From IMG/VR virus record IMGVR_UViG_3300042867_001113: a DNA stretch of 64,000 bases. The stretch is one strand, 5' to 3'. Every line of letters begins with the position of its first letter. Position 1 is the first letter of the stretch. The notes under the pieces were generated by a model. The model was not told where the DNA came from and ran no database searches. It saw nothing but the letters and a program-made list of their open reading frames with translations. This DNA comes from a virus. Positions 1 to 8,618 of the stretch are shown one piece after another. The translations under genes and the position numbers were made by a program.

Positions 1-138
1 ACCGACTCGCTCCCGCTCCTCCAAGGGAAGATCGTACAGGCGCCGACGGAGGGCGAGCGTGTCGAGATGGCAGCACGCGCAGAAGCCCTTGTCTCGCAGA
101 AAGACTTGGGACCGCAGGTACGCTGTGTCGCTCCGTAG
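1..138 (+). CDS. partial CDS (3' end), hypothetical
   Basis: Open frame from base 1 to TAG at 136-138 (TDSLPLLQGK...RCVAP*), converging on the minus-strand block. Confidence 0.4.
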   Translation, partial: TDSLPLLQGKIVQAPTEGERVEMAARAEALVSQKDLGPQVRCVAP

Positions 139-211
139 CCGCCACTCGTGGACGCAAAACGATTGGCAAAAAGTCTTCTGAGGCGGAAAGACCTCTTGTC
201 CACACCAACGG

Positions 212-250
212 CAAGCCCTCCCTCCGTGGGCTCCTCGTTTCGAGGGCTTG
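212..250. terminator. inverted repeat between convergent genes, possible terminator
   Basis: caagccctc ... gagggcttg arms; no clear U-tract. Confidence 0.3.
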
Positions 251-281
251 GCTTCGGCGGAAGTCAGGCGCCGCTTTGTGC

Positions 282-647
282 TCAAGGACGTCTTCCGCAG
301 CACAAGCAGATGACCCCAGTGATGCTGGTCGTCCAAGGGCCCGAACAGCGGAGGCATCGGCGCGGGCGGACTGCTGGGGGCGTAGGATGGGCAAGTGACC
401 AGAAGACCGGCCCAGCGGCAGTTCGCTCCCTCACGATAAGGCCCTGCAGGTCCATCCACGAGAGGCTGTTGCTCAGAACAGCAAGGGAAAACTCGGGAAC
501 ATGCGTCCGCAACTCTCGCACCGTCATCGGGCGCTTGAGGACTGAGGTGATGCGCTCCGCCCACACCGGCCAGCGCGGGTCGTCTGACGAGGGAATGTGT
601 TCCTCCGCCAATCGGAATGGGTGCGCTTTTTTCCGTTCCTTGACCAT
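282..647 (-). CDS. small winged-helix-like protein with C-terminal CxxC...CxxC zinc ribbon
   Basis: 121 aa; wHTH-like pattern PMTVRELR...LSNSLSWMDLQGLIVR; CLRC...CLCC. Confidence 0.5.
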   Translation of the reverse strand: MVKERKKAHPFRLAEEHIPSSDDPRWPVWAERITSVLKRPMTVRELRTHVPEFSLAVLSNSLSWMDLQGLIVRERTAAGPVFWSLAHPTPPAVRPRRCLRCSGPWTTSITGVICLCCGRRP

Positions 648-714
648 GTAGAAAAGGTTCTACACAGACTGAAGGTCTGCGAACAGCAATGTCCGTTCGC
701 AAATCCTCGGAAAT

Positions 715-1422
715 TCAGGTTTGTGGAACGTCGATCGTCACCAGCCCAGCAGGGACTTCGGACGGAGGCATCTCCTCCTCACCAAGCGAGTCCATGATGT
801 GCATCGTCCATGAGCGGATGTCGGCCATCCCTTGTGGGGGAGCTTCGGCGAGCGTCTTGATGAACCCAGCCTCCCCTTCCGTGACGAGCCTGATGGCCCA
901 CAGGACCGCAACAGGGATTGGGGCAATGAGCGGCGGGTACCCACGCTGCTTCGAGAGCCGGAGGGCCTCTTCGATCGCTTCAAGGTCGAACGCCTGCGTG
1001 TTGATCCGCGTGACGGTCTTCTCACCTCCCTCTGAGGAGCAGTTCGAGGGCTGGGAGACCACGAAGTACGTCCGGCACGGCGTGGGGCGGACGGTGTAGA
1101 TGGAACACGACCGCTGGGCGTCGAGGAAGACGCACGGGGTGTTCGTGTTGAAGTGCGCGGTCCGGTCGTACTGGAGCTTCTGGGTCGCGTTGAAGAGGTT
1201 CCGCGAGATCGCGCCAAGGGCCTGCGGCGGGAGTTGCAGCAGGGTCTCAGCGATGGCGATGGCTTCGGGGAGGCTGATGTAGATCATCAGGTTGCAGCAG
1301 TGCGAGCACCCCTTGCGGCAGGTGGCGCCGTTCTCAGCCGCCAGCTTCTGAATCGCCGGTTCCTGATCCTCGTACATCTTGAGCATCCGGTGGCCCAGTC
1401 TCTTCGCGTCCTTGTCCTGCAT
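715..1422 (-). CDS. YkgJ-family (CxxCxxCC) cysteine-cluster protein
   Basis: CRKGCSHCC...PCVFL...CSIYTVRPTPCRTY; likely start MQDKD at 1422 with AGGAG RBS. Confidence 0.8.
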   Translation of the reverse strand: MQDKDAKRLGHRMLKMYEDQEPAIQKLAAENGATCRKGCSHCCNLMIYISLPEAIAIAETLLQLPPQALGAISRNLFNATQKLQYDRTAHFNTNTPCVFLDAQRSCSIYTVRPTPCRTYFVVSQPSNCSSEGGEKTVTRINTQAFDLEAIEEALRLSKQRGYPPLIAPIPVAVLWAIRLVTEGEAGFIKTLAEAPPQGMADIRSWTMHIMDSLGEEEMPPSEVPAGLVTIDVPQT

Positions 1423-2089
1423 CTGTGTCTCCTGTCGTTGCCGCTTTCGGCGTCTTTGGTTTGCGAGGTCGCTTCTCTGTCGACTTCGGATTTCGCACTT
1501 CACTCGGGGTGGATGCAAGCACTTCCACGCGGCCTGATGCACGCTTGCCGAGGTGGTAGCCGTGCCACACCATCCACGCGTAGGACGTGCTGTCCGTCTG
1601 CCCGTCCGGCGTGAAGGAAGGTCTGTCGGGGATGACGTAGACATCCGGGCAGTCGGCAGTGAGCCACAAGCTGCGCTCGGCGCCAGACAAGTAGTTCAAG
1701 CGAAGCAGGAAGCAGACGTTGGTCGCATGCTGACGAGCGACGTGCAGGAATTCAGTCGCCAGCGAGAATGGCGGGTTGGAGATGACGACGTCGAAGGGAG
1801 TCGTCGGAAGGGGCGTCGTGCAGAAGTTCCCGATGAGAGGAGTGCGACCCGTCAGGAGATGCAGAGTCGACGCGTGTTCGGCGTTCACCTCAGATGCCGT
1901 CCAGCGGACCTTGGGGCCATAGGCTGGGTGAGCGCTGGTGGCTTCAATGAGAGCGCCCGCTCCAGCTCCCGCATCAAGCCAATTCCCCACCGGGAGGACT
2001 TGCTTGTCGAGGAGCCGGGCGAGCACCCAATGCGGGGTCGGATAGGACTCGTGGGGCGATCGGGCCCCGCCACGCTTCGTGCTGCTCAT
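1334..2089 (-). CDS. amino (N6A/N4C) DNA methyltransferase
   Basis: YPTP motif, SAM-binding LDAGAGAG, catalytic VISNPPF, C-terminal YAWMVW. Confidence 0.85.
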   Translation of the reverse strand: MSSTKRGGARSPHESYPTPHWVLARLLDKQVLPVGNWLDAGAGAGALIEATSAHPAYGPKVRWTASEVNAEHASTLHLLTGRTPLIGNFCTTPLPTTPFDVVISNPPFSLATEFLHVARQHATNVCFLLRLNYLSGAERSLWLTADCPDVYVIPDRPSFTPDGQTDSTSYAWMVWHGYHLGKRASGRVEVLASTPSEVRNPKSTEKRPRKPKTPKAATTGDTDAGQGREETGPPDAQDVRGSGTGDSEAGG

Positions 2090-2119
2090 GGCGGGGTCGT
2101 AACACGCTTCTTGGAAAAC

Positions 2120-2380
2120 TCAGCCGAGAGCGAGCCGAACGAGCCGAGCCTTATTGAAAGCGGCCTCTGCCTCCTCCAGTGCGTCAGCGACCTTCTCCCA
2201 GTTCGGCTTCTCGGCGTCGGAGGCGCTCGTCATGCGCTCCCGAGCATCGTTTCCGAGTTGCTGCACATCACGTGAGATGGAGAGCATCTTCTGACAAACC
2301 GCCTTCGCGTCTTGGGAATCTCTCATCTCAGCCAGCGCCTTCATGGCCTCCAGCTTCTCGTAGTATTCAGGAGTACGCAT
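2120..2380 (-). CDS. hypothetical helical protein
   Basis: 86 aa, GAGGT RBS, in-operon spacing. Confidence 0.65.
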   Translation of the reverse strand: MRTPEYYEKLEAMKALAEMRDSQDAKAVCQKMLSISRDVQQLGNDARERMTSASDAEKPNWEKVADALEEAEAAFNKARLVRLALG

Positions 2381-2419
2381 CAGCGACCTCAGTTCCGTCC
2401 CATCCGGGCGACAATCTCG
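2371..2419. repeat. 49-bp direct repeat, copy 1
   Basis: 48/49 identical to 3101-3149. Confidence 0.95.
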
Positions 2420-3054
2420 TCGAGGCGGGCTTCGAGGTCACCCAGTTCGGCGCTTGCAGCAAGGGGTTTGACCAAGCGGAGCTTGGGCTGCTTCTTCTTC
2501 CCGCTGCCCATGACCTGCGTCCAAGAGCCGTCCTTGTCCTTCTGCCAGACTGAGCCGTCCTTGCGGGTGGACCTGTCGCCGACTTTGGCCCCTCGGTTTT
2601 TGGCCTTGAAGGACTGCTGCTGGGCCTGCTGCTTCCAACCCTTGGGGCGGGTGCCCTTCGGAGTGTTCTTCACGGTCTGGTCCGTGGCCGTCGACTTGTA
2701 GCCTCGGTCGTAGCCGCCTTGGTTGGCTGCAGCCACAGAGTTCTTGAACGCGCTCCAGCGGTCCTTCACTCCTTTGACTTTCCCCTGCGCCGTCCCGATC
2801 TTGTAGGCGAGCTTCCGCGTCAGCTTCCCGACCTTACCGAAGAAGTCCTTCTCGTCGAGCGAGAGACCCTCTTCCGCCTCTGCCAACGCGAGGAGCGTCT
2901 CACCGTAGGAGAAGAAGTCGTCGTCGACGATCTCCAGTCCATGCTCCGCGAGAAGCTGCTCAACCTTCACCAAGTCTTCGCGCATACCTTCGAGGGCTGC
3001 GGCGAAGTCGGAGTCTTCGACGAGGGTCTTCAGGTGGGAGAAAGTGTGGAGCAT
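2389..3054 (-). CDS. putative capsid-internal protein (acidic N-term, basic C-term, RKDG.W.K..DG.W motif)
   Basis: 221 aa with bipartite charge; role inferred. Confidence 0.6.
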   Translation of the reverse strand: MLHTFSHLKTLVEDSDFAAALEGMREDLVKVEQLLAEHGLEIVDDDFFSYGETLLALAEAEEGLSLDEKDFFGKVGKLTRKLAYKIGTAQGKVKGVKDRWSAFKNSVAAANQGGYDRGYKSTATDQTVKNTPKGTRPKGWKQQAQQQSFKAKNRGAKVGDRSTRKDGSVWQKDKDGSWTQVMGSGKKKQPKLRLVKPLAASAELGDLEARLDEIVARMGRN

Positions 3055-3100
3055 CTCAATCCTTCTTTCGTGCAGCAGCGCGTCAGCGACTCAGCTTCGA

Positions 3101-3149
3101 GAGTACGCATCAGCGACCTCAGTTCCTTCCCATCCGGGCGACAATCTCG
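3101..3149. repeat. 49-bp direct repeat, copy 2
   Basis: 48/49 identical to 2371-2419. Confidence 0.95.
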
Positions 3150-3161
3150 GACGAGATCGAG

Positions 3162-3599
3162 CTACGGAATCTTCTTCCAAGAGCCGTCTCGCTCTTTGCG
3201 GTACTTGCCGTCTTTTCGCCGCGAGATGGTGCCCGCTGCAGCCCCGACAGCTCCAGCCAATACCGACCCGATCGCCTTGGCCGGTACCGCTGCCGCCCGT
3301 TTCGCCGCCACCTTCGCTGAAAAGGCTTTCGCCGCAGCAAGCCCAGCCTTCATCGCAGGAAGCGCAGCTTTCGCAGCTCCCGCAGCCGTGGCAGCCATCG
3401 TACCGACAGTTCCCCAATCGACCTCAGTGATGACGATCGACTCGTACAGACCCAAAGCGCAGCCCTCGCAGAGGGACTCACCCTCCTCACCCTCGACGAG
3501 CACGTCTTCGTCCAGCTCACAACCGCACTCATCGCAAGACTCGATAGTTTCGAGGCGACGGCGAATCGTGTCGAGTTGGGCGGCGATTGAGCGGTTCAT
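3162..3599 (-). CDS. putative internal protein: acidic zinc ribbon plus Ala/Lys-rich basic tail
   Basis: Start MNRSI at 3599 with AAGGAG RBS; CDECGCEL...LCEGCA; N-terminal part paralogous to 3663-4055. Confidence 0.65.
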   Translation of the reverse strand: MNRSIAAQLDTIRRRLETIESCDECGCELDEDVLVEGEEGESLCEGCALGLYESIVITEVDWGTVGTMAATAAGAAKAALPAMKAGLAAAKAFSAKVAAKRAAAVPAKAIGSVLAGAVGAAAGTISRRKDGKYRKERDGSWKKIP

Positions 3600-3662
3600 G
3601 AGACTCCTTGATGTCATTGGTGACTTCAGCTTGCAGGACGCTGTCCGCGCCACAATAACAGC

Positions 3663-4055
3663 TCAGTCCTTCTTGCGGGCCTTGACGGCCATCTTCTGGA
3701 GCTTCATGCGGCCCTTCGCGACGTCGCCCTTGCCCATCTTCTTCGCGCCGATCCAAGCCGCGAGACCTTCGGGGCTGGTGGCGCCCTTCTTCTTGAGCTG
3801 GCCGACGAGCTTCTTGAACTTGCTCATTGCCTTCTCGGACAGGTCAGCTTCAGTGACCTCGTCTTGGCAGGCGCACTCTTCGATCGACTCGACGCTCTCG
3901 TACATCTCGTCAGCGCACGCTTCGCAGAGCAGCTCACCATCTTCACCTTCGATGATGTCCTCTTCTTCCAGCTCGCAGCCGCAGTTTCCGCACATGTCCA
4001 TGCCTTCGAGACGGAGGCGCATGACTTCGAGGTTGTGAGCAATTCCGGGCAGCAT
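3663..4055 (-). CDS. putative internal protein: acidic zinc ribbon plus basic PEGLAAWIG domain
   Basis: CGNCGCEL...LCEACA then KFKKLVGQLKKKGATSPEGLAAWIG. Confidence 0.65.
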   Translation of the reverse strand: MLPGIAHNLEVMRLRLEGMDMCGNCGCELEEEDIIEGEDGELLCEACADEMYESVESIEECACQDEVTEADLSEKAMSKFKKLVGQLKKKGATSPEGLAAWIGAKKMGKGDVAKGRMKLQKMAVKARKKD

Positions 4056-4082
4056 TGAGGACTCCTGTGGTGATGTGAGTGG

Positions 4083-5153
4083 TCAGGTGGAGAGCAGGTC
4101 ACGCATGCGATCGGAGATCGAGGACTTCTCCTCGGTCTTACTCCCTGCAGCGCGAAGACCGATCCAGAACGCGAGCCGCTGAGGGTCGCGCACACCGGGC
4201 TTCTTCGCCAGCGTCTTGGCGAGCTTGTCGCGCTCTGGTGTTCTGGCAGTCGAAAAGGGGCCAACCTTCTTTGGAGGAGGCATCTTCGACTTCTTGACAG
4301 CTTTCACCTCAGAGATGCGCTTGTCGTTGCCCCGCACGCTGCCGTCGACACCGGCCATGCGGCGCATCTCAGCCGCGAACCAAGAACCGGGCTCCTTGGT
4401 CTCTTGCTTCAGTGCGGGAATCTGGGTGGAGACAACGACAAAGCCGCCTGCATCCATCTCAGCGGTGAAGGCTTCGGGACCATACAGTCCATCGAGAGTC
4501 TTCTGCACCGCCGAGAGCACCGGGTCAGCGTAGTCACGCAGCCAGTCGTCGGTCGACTTCGGAGCCACGCCTGCCCTGTCGCCTGCACCTGCGACGGGGA
4601 AACGCGTGCCGCTGACGACGAAGTCATCGTGAGAGCGCCGACCTTCGGGATCGAGCACGACGACCATGATGCCGTCCTCGTCTTGGCTCGTTGCCTCAAC
4701 GACGCCTGCGGGGGTCTTCAGACCGTCAAGAGCTTTGACCATACCGTCGAGCGACGGAGCCTCATCGTGAGATTCACCCATCGACACCGACTGGTCGAGC
4801 CAGTCGAAGATGCGGGCCGGGTCACCAAGCATCTCGTCGTCGAAGCCCATGCGGGGGCTGCTCTTGTAGAGCAGCTTGCCGTCCCGCCTGAACTCGCCGG
4901 TCACCGTGTAGAGACCCATCGCAGGGTTGAACTCAATGAACAGCTGAATGACCGGACCATTCTCTTCGCCAGATGCCGCCTTCTCAGGGACGAAGCGAGC
5001 AAGGAGACGAACAGTCCCCTTGATCTCGACAGGGTCCGCCAGACGCCACTCACGACCAAACACGTTGGAGAGGTACGACTCGTAGTCGGGAGCGTAGCGC
5101 GCCACGAGCCGCGCAGTGCCCAACTTTTCCAGAGTGTGTTGGTCGATGTACAT
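4083..5153 (-). CDS. hypothetical multidomain protein with MRRMAGV motif and DPQRLAFWIG domain
   Basis: 356 aa; motifs shared with neighbouring proteins. Confidence 0.65.
   Translation of the reverse strand: MYIDQHTLEKLGTARLVARYAPDYESYLSNVFGREWRLADPVEIKGTVRLLARFVPEKAASGEENGPVIQLFIEFNPAMGLYTVTGEFRRDGKLLYKSSPRMGFDDEMLGDPARIFDWLDQSVSMGESHDEAPSLDGMVKALDGLKTPAGVVEATSQDEDGIMVVVLDPEGRRSHDDFVVSGTRFPVAGAGDRAGVAPKSTDDWLRDYADPVLSAVQKTLDGLYGPEAFTAEMDAGGFVVVSTQIPALKQETKEPGSWFAAEMRRMAGVDGSVRGNDKRISEVKAVKKSKMPPPKKVGPFSTARTPERDKLAKTLAKKPGVRDPQRLAFWIGLRAAGSKTEEKSSISDRMRDLLST
4477..4490. promoter_or_regulatory. GGACCATAYGGNCC-like site (1 mismatch), within CDS
   Basis: GGACCATACAGTCC. Confidence 0.55.
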
Positions 5154-5220
5154 CCAGCCCTCATCTGCAGTTCAGACGACTGAACCTAGCAGATTTTCAC
5201 GAGCCGTCACGCGGAACGCG

Positions 5221-5625
5221 TCAATCGCCCGCCTGCTCCACAAACGGGGCGATGGTTTCGGCATCTGCAATCCCGATGATCTCGTCCGCTGCAATCCAGC
5301 CCACGAGGCTCTTGTCCTTCAGCTTGTAGGTCCAGCCGAAAGGCAGGCGGAAGAACAGGATGCGGTCCCCTTCTTTCAAAGGCGTCTTCGCGAGGGGCCC
5401 GACCGAGAGCACCGTGCCTGTGACAAGCACCTGCGAGCCGAGCCGCTGCCCGTAGGCGAAAGCGTGGTCAGGCGGGAGGTAGATGCCGCTCGCAGTCCGG
5501 TCAGGAAGCACGTCGGTACGCAGGAAAACTCGGGTGCCGATGGCGACGACACGGTGGCCCACCTCGTCCCAAGTCGCTTTGATGAATTCGGCAGTCGAGG
5601 TCGGGGCAGGCATCGTCTCAGTCAT
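5221..5625 (-). CDS. GroES-like co-chaperonin (functional analogue of T4 gp31)
   Basis: IGTRVFLR...RTASGIYLP...GTVLSVGP...LKEGDRILF...EIIGI; start MTETM with GAGGAG RBS. Confidence 0.85.
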   Translation of the reverse strand: MTETMPAPTSTAEFIKATWDEVGHRVVAIGTRVFLRTDVLPDRTASGIYLPPDHAFAYGQRLGSQVLVTGTVLSVGPLAKTPLKEGDRILFFRLPFGWTYKLKDKSLVGWIAADEIIGIADAETIAPFVEQAGD

Positions 5626-5633
5626 GTGTCTCC

Positions 5634-5966
5634 TCAAGTGGCCCGAGGGCCGTCCGTTTTCGTACCAGTAGCCCATCTATTGTCAGATCGGTAGGCATCT
5701 GCGCGAGCGGTCAGCGCGTCCATCGCAGCCTCGATCGTGATCAGCAGATCCTTGTTCCCCGGGAGTCCGGCGAGAAGGCGCTTCTGAGCCACGAGCAGGT
5801 CTGCCTGCGAGTTGTAGAAGGCCACCGGAGTCGTCAGGTGCCTCATGACTGAGGAAGCTGCATCGAAAACCGCGAAGGCGTTCCCCTTCAAGGCAACTGA
5901 GTCGACGCCGTCTGCGGGCACCTTCGCTGGAGGTGTCGATGTGCTCTTGAGGGCTTTCTTGGCCAC
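5634..5966 (-). CDS. hypothetical protein
   Basis: 110 aa, GTG start with AGGAGG RBS. Confidence 0.65.
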   Translation of the reverse strand: MAKKALKSTSTPPAKVPADGVDSVALKGNAFAVFDAASSVMRHLTTPVAFYNSQADLLVAQKRLLAGLPGNKDLLITIEAAMDALTARADAYRSDNRWATGTKTDGPRAT

Positions 5967-6006
5967 GCGGCCTCCTGTTGGAAGCTCAGTAACAGATCCC
6001 CCGCCT

Positions 6007-6849
6007 CTATTTCAGCTCGACGTCGATTTCGACGTAGTTCTTGTCGCCGACGCTTGCCCAGATCGTGGAGATGCTGTCCATGTGCCCTGCGAGCGCAGCC
6101 GTGACCTTCGCCCGCGCGTTCTTCAGCTCCTCGGAGACCTTCTCCTCGTAGTCGTAGTAGTTCATCCCGTCGTCGCCGTCCCCTTCGTCGTCGTAGTCGC
6201 TGGGATCCGACGGATGGTCTTTGGGGAGGTTCCACGTCCGGTAAGACGCCGTCATCGAGTTCCCGTGGATCTCAACGTCGTCGTCGCTGCCGCCATCACC
6301 GAGAGACTTGAGCGCCTTCAGGAGAAGGGGCTTGATCTTCGCAGCCACTGCGGCGCGCTTCGCTTCAGGATCTTCAGCGGGAGCCGCGACTGCGACCTTG
6401 GCCGGAGCCGGGACGGCCTGCTTCGCGGGAGGCGCAGGCAGGGCAGGCTTCGGAGCAGGCATGGCCAGCATGTGGCCGACCGACACCTTCGCGTCGGGGT
6501 GCTTGTCGAACACCGAGGCGGTCTTCTTGAGAGCAGCCTTCGCCCTCGCAGTGGCCGTCATCGCACTTGCAGGGGCTGGGATGGGCGCTGGCGGCGTTGC
6601 AAGGACCGAGGCCCCCTGCGGGGCGGTAGAGGGATTCTTCGGCCTTGCCGTGGGCTTCCCCGCCGGGACAGTCCCGAGCGTCGCCTTCAGATCCTTGGTG
6701 ATCCGAACCCAGCCCTTCTCGGTCTTGATCCAGTCCCCGTCCTTACGGGAGTTGACCGTCCCCACAGGCTGAATCGCGTCGAGAACGACGTCGGGATATC
6801 GGGAGGACACCCCCGCGAGCGCAAGCAGCTTTTCGAGATCGGTCGACAT
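6007..6849 (-). CDS. putative internal protein (LLALAGV N-term motif, RKDG.W motif, Pro/Ala/Lys linker)
   Basis: 280 aa ORF. Confidence 0.65.
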   Translation of the reverse strand: MSTDLEKLLALAGVSSRYPDVVLDAIQPVGTVNSRKDGDWIKTEKGWVRITKDLKATLGTVPAGKPTARPKNPSTAPQGASVLATPPAPIPAPASAMTATARAKAALKKTASVFDKHPDAKVSVGHMLAMPAPKPALPAPPAKQAVPAPAKVAVAAPAEDPEAKRAAVAAKIKPLLLKALKSLGDGGSDDDVEIHGNSMTASYRTWNLPKDHPSDPSDYDDEGDGDDGMNYYDYEEKVSEELKNARAKVTAALAGHMDSISTIWASVGDKNYVEIDVELK

Positions 6850-6852
6850 GGT

Positions 6853-7131
6853 TCAGCCCTTCTTGGCAGCAGCCATACCGGCAGCGTAGGCGTCTTGGAG
6901 GGCGGACTCAATGCTCCACACAGCGACCTCTTTGAAGTCGAGGCGGTCGGACTTGCGGGTGGCGAGAGTCTCGACGTCGAAGTGCTTCTGGGCGATCTTG
7001 AGGAGGAGGGCAGGCGGGGCCATCGCTTCGGAGATCGCAGGCCCCTCGGACTGCAGCTTCTCTTGTGTCCACCCGTCACGGACGGACTCAATTCCAGCGA
7101 GGCGGCGAAGGGTGGTCATGCGGTCGGTCAT
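6853..7131 (-). CDS. small protein, DUF6900-like domain with N-terminal LRRLAGI motif
   Basis: IAQKHFDVETLATRKSDRLDFKEVAVWSIESALQDAYAAG. Confidence 0.65.
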   Translation of the reverse strand: MTDRMTTLRRLAGIESVRDGWTQEKLQSEGPAISEAMAPPALLLKIAQKHFDVETLATRKSDRLDFKEVAVWSIESALQDAYAAGMAAAKKG

Positions 7132-7138
7132 GGGAACC

Positions 7139-7402
7139 TCAGTGGGACGGAAGGGTCGTAACCCAGATGCGAAGCTTGTTCGGGATCTCTTTGGGCTTCA
7201 AGTCGTGGATCGGGAAAGCGTCTTTGCCTGACCAACCGTGTCTGTTCACATGAACGAGTCCGCCGGACACTGAGAAAACTACACCGACCAAGGTGGGGTT
7301 GGCCCGGTCGACCACCTTGTCCCCGGGTCGGGGGACGTCGTCCGAGAGGAACACGCGGGCCGGGGGAACTGCCGATGTTCGACGTCGGCAGTTGCAGCCC
7401 AT
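7139..7402 (-). CDS. small SH3/KOW-like beta protein
   Basis: PGDKVVDR...GVVFSV...VHV pattern. Confidence 0.5.
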   Translation of the reverse strand: MGCNCRRRTSAVPPARVFLSDDVPRPGDKVVDRANPTLVGVVFSVSGGLVHVNRHGWSGKDAFPIHDLKPKEIPNKLRIWVTTLPSH

Positions 7403-7403
7403 G

Positions 7404-8081
7404 TCAGCCCTTGGTGGCTTTCTGCAGGAAGGCCATCACGGCTTCCAGCTCCGTCGCCGACTCGGACATCATTTCGAGGATGCGGCTGGCGTTGTCGCAG
7501 GCAGCCTTGACCTTGCGGTCGAGCGTCTTGTCCTCCGCGAACCCGGCAAACTTCTCGCTGGCTTCATCCGCTCGCTGCGACAAGGACGTGGTGAAGGCGA
7601 CGACCTCGCGGGACCACTGGAAGACTTTGGGTGAGACGGGGTCGAGAGCAGTCTCGCGGAGCTTGGTTCCTGTGTGCGAGATACCAGCAAGGCGACGCAT
7701 CTTGTCCATCGAGGATTCGTCGACGGTCGAGTGGCGACGGCGAAGCCCGTCTGGGGCGTCTTCGAGACCGGACTTCGCCTCAGGCCGGACGAGCTTCTCG
7801 TAGAAGAACGGATCCCAATCGACCTTTGACTCGTCCTTGCGGGCAGCCTTCAGGATCTTCTCGTAGGAGGCGAGCTTCTTCTTGGCGTCAGGTTCCGCCT
7901 CGTGCTCCTTCTCCTTCGCCCTGCCTGCGGCGGTGAGCTTCATCGTGCCGGGTTCGAGGTATCCGTTCTTCTGGAGCTGCGAAACGCAAATGGCGAACGC
8001 CCTCTCCGTGTCGCCATCCTTTGCAGCAACAGCGGCGACACAGTGACGAACAAGGTCGGGGGTTCCACGGTCCATCGGCAC
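7404..8081 (-). CDS. putative internal protein with MRRLAGI motif
   Basis: 225 aa; N-terminal HCV...AFAIC domain. Confidence 0.65.
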   Translation of the reverse strand: MPMDRGTPDLVRHCVAAVAAKDGDTERAFAICVSQLQKNGYLEPGTMKLTAAGRAKEKEHEAEPDAKKKLASYEKILKAARKDESKVDWDPFFYEKLVRPEAKSGLEDAPDGLRRRHSTVDESSMDKMRRLAGISHTGTKLRETALDPVSPKVFQWSREVVAFTTSLSQRADEASEKFAGFAEDKTLDRKVKAACDNASRILEMMSESATELEAVMAFLQKATKG

Positions 8082-8090
8082 AGCAGGCTC

Positions 8091-8366
8091 CTACTTGAGA
8101 TGTTCGATCAGGTTGTCGAGCTGCTCGACGAGGTAGTCGAGGTCGCCCGGGTAGCCGAAGCTGAGAGGCTTCTTGGCCTGCTCCAGCGCGTGCTTGCCGA
8201 GGAGAGCTTCAATCTCCCGCAGACGCTTATCGACGACGATCCGCTTCGCAGCGTAGGCGTCCGAGGCAGACATCTTGCCCTTTGGGACGGGGCTCGGAGT
8301 GACGCTCTTTGCGATGGCGCTGCCGCTGGCTTCAAGCACCTTGTTCATACGGTCGGCGACAGACAC
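8091..8366 (-). CDS. hypothetical protein
   Basis: 91 aa, GTG start with GAGGT RBS. Confidence 0.6.
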   Translation of the reverse strand: MSVADRMNKVLEASGSAIAKSVTPSPVPKGKMSASDAYAAKRIVVDKRLREIEALLGKHALEQAKKPLSFGYPGDLDYLVEQLDNLIEHLK

Positions 8367-8421
8367 AGAGAACCTCGTGAGGGTAGCCTAGCTGGTTTTT
8401 GCAGGACTCAAAATATAAACA

Positions 8422-8435
8422 GGACCATATGGGCC
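8422..8435. promoter_or_regulatory. GGACCATAYGGNCC site, intergenic
   Basis: GGACCATATGGGCC next to an AT-rich promoter-like stretch. Confidence 0.75.
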
Positions 8436-8438
8436 CAG

Positions 8439-8618
8439 TCAGTCCTCCAACAAGCAGTCGGTCCTCGTGCAAGTGACTGAGTCAGGTGGTTTTTGCACAT
8501 CGATGGTGAGAAAAGTGTCCATCGTCGGGGTACGGACGATCTCGTAAATGATGTCGACGGACCCTGTCGTCGACACCTCAGGCTGTATGTAGAGGTCGGA
8601 CTTCGTGGATGACTTCAC
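8439..8618 (-). CDS. small hypothetical protein (59 aa), absent from the ORF track
   Basis: GTG overlaps the Nudix TGA (GTGA); open to TGA at 8439-8441. Confidence 0.45.
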   Translation of the reverse strand: MKSSTKSDLYIQPEVSTTGSVDIIYEIVRTPTMDTFLTIDVQKPPDSVTCTRTDCLLED

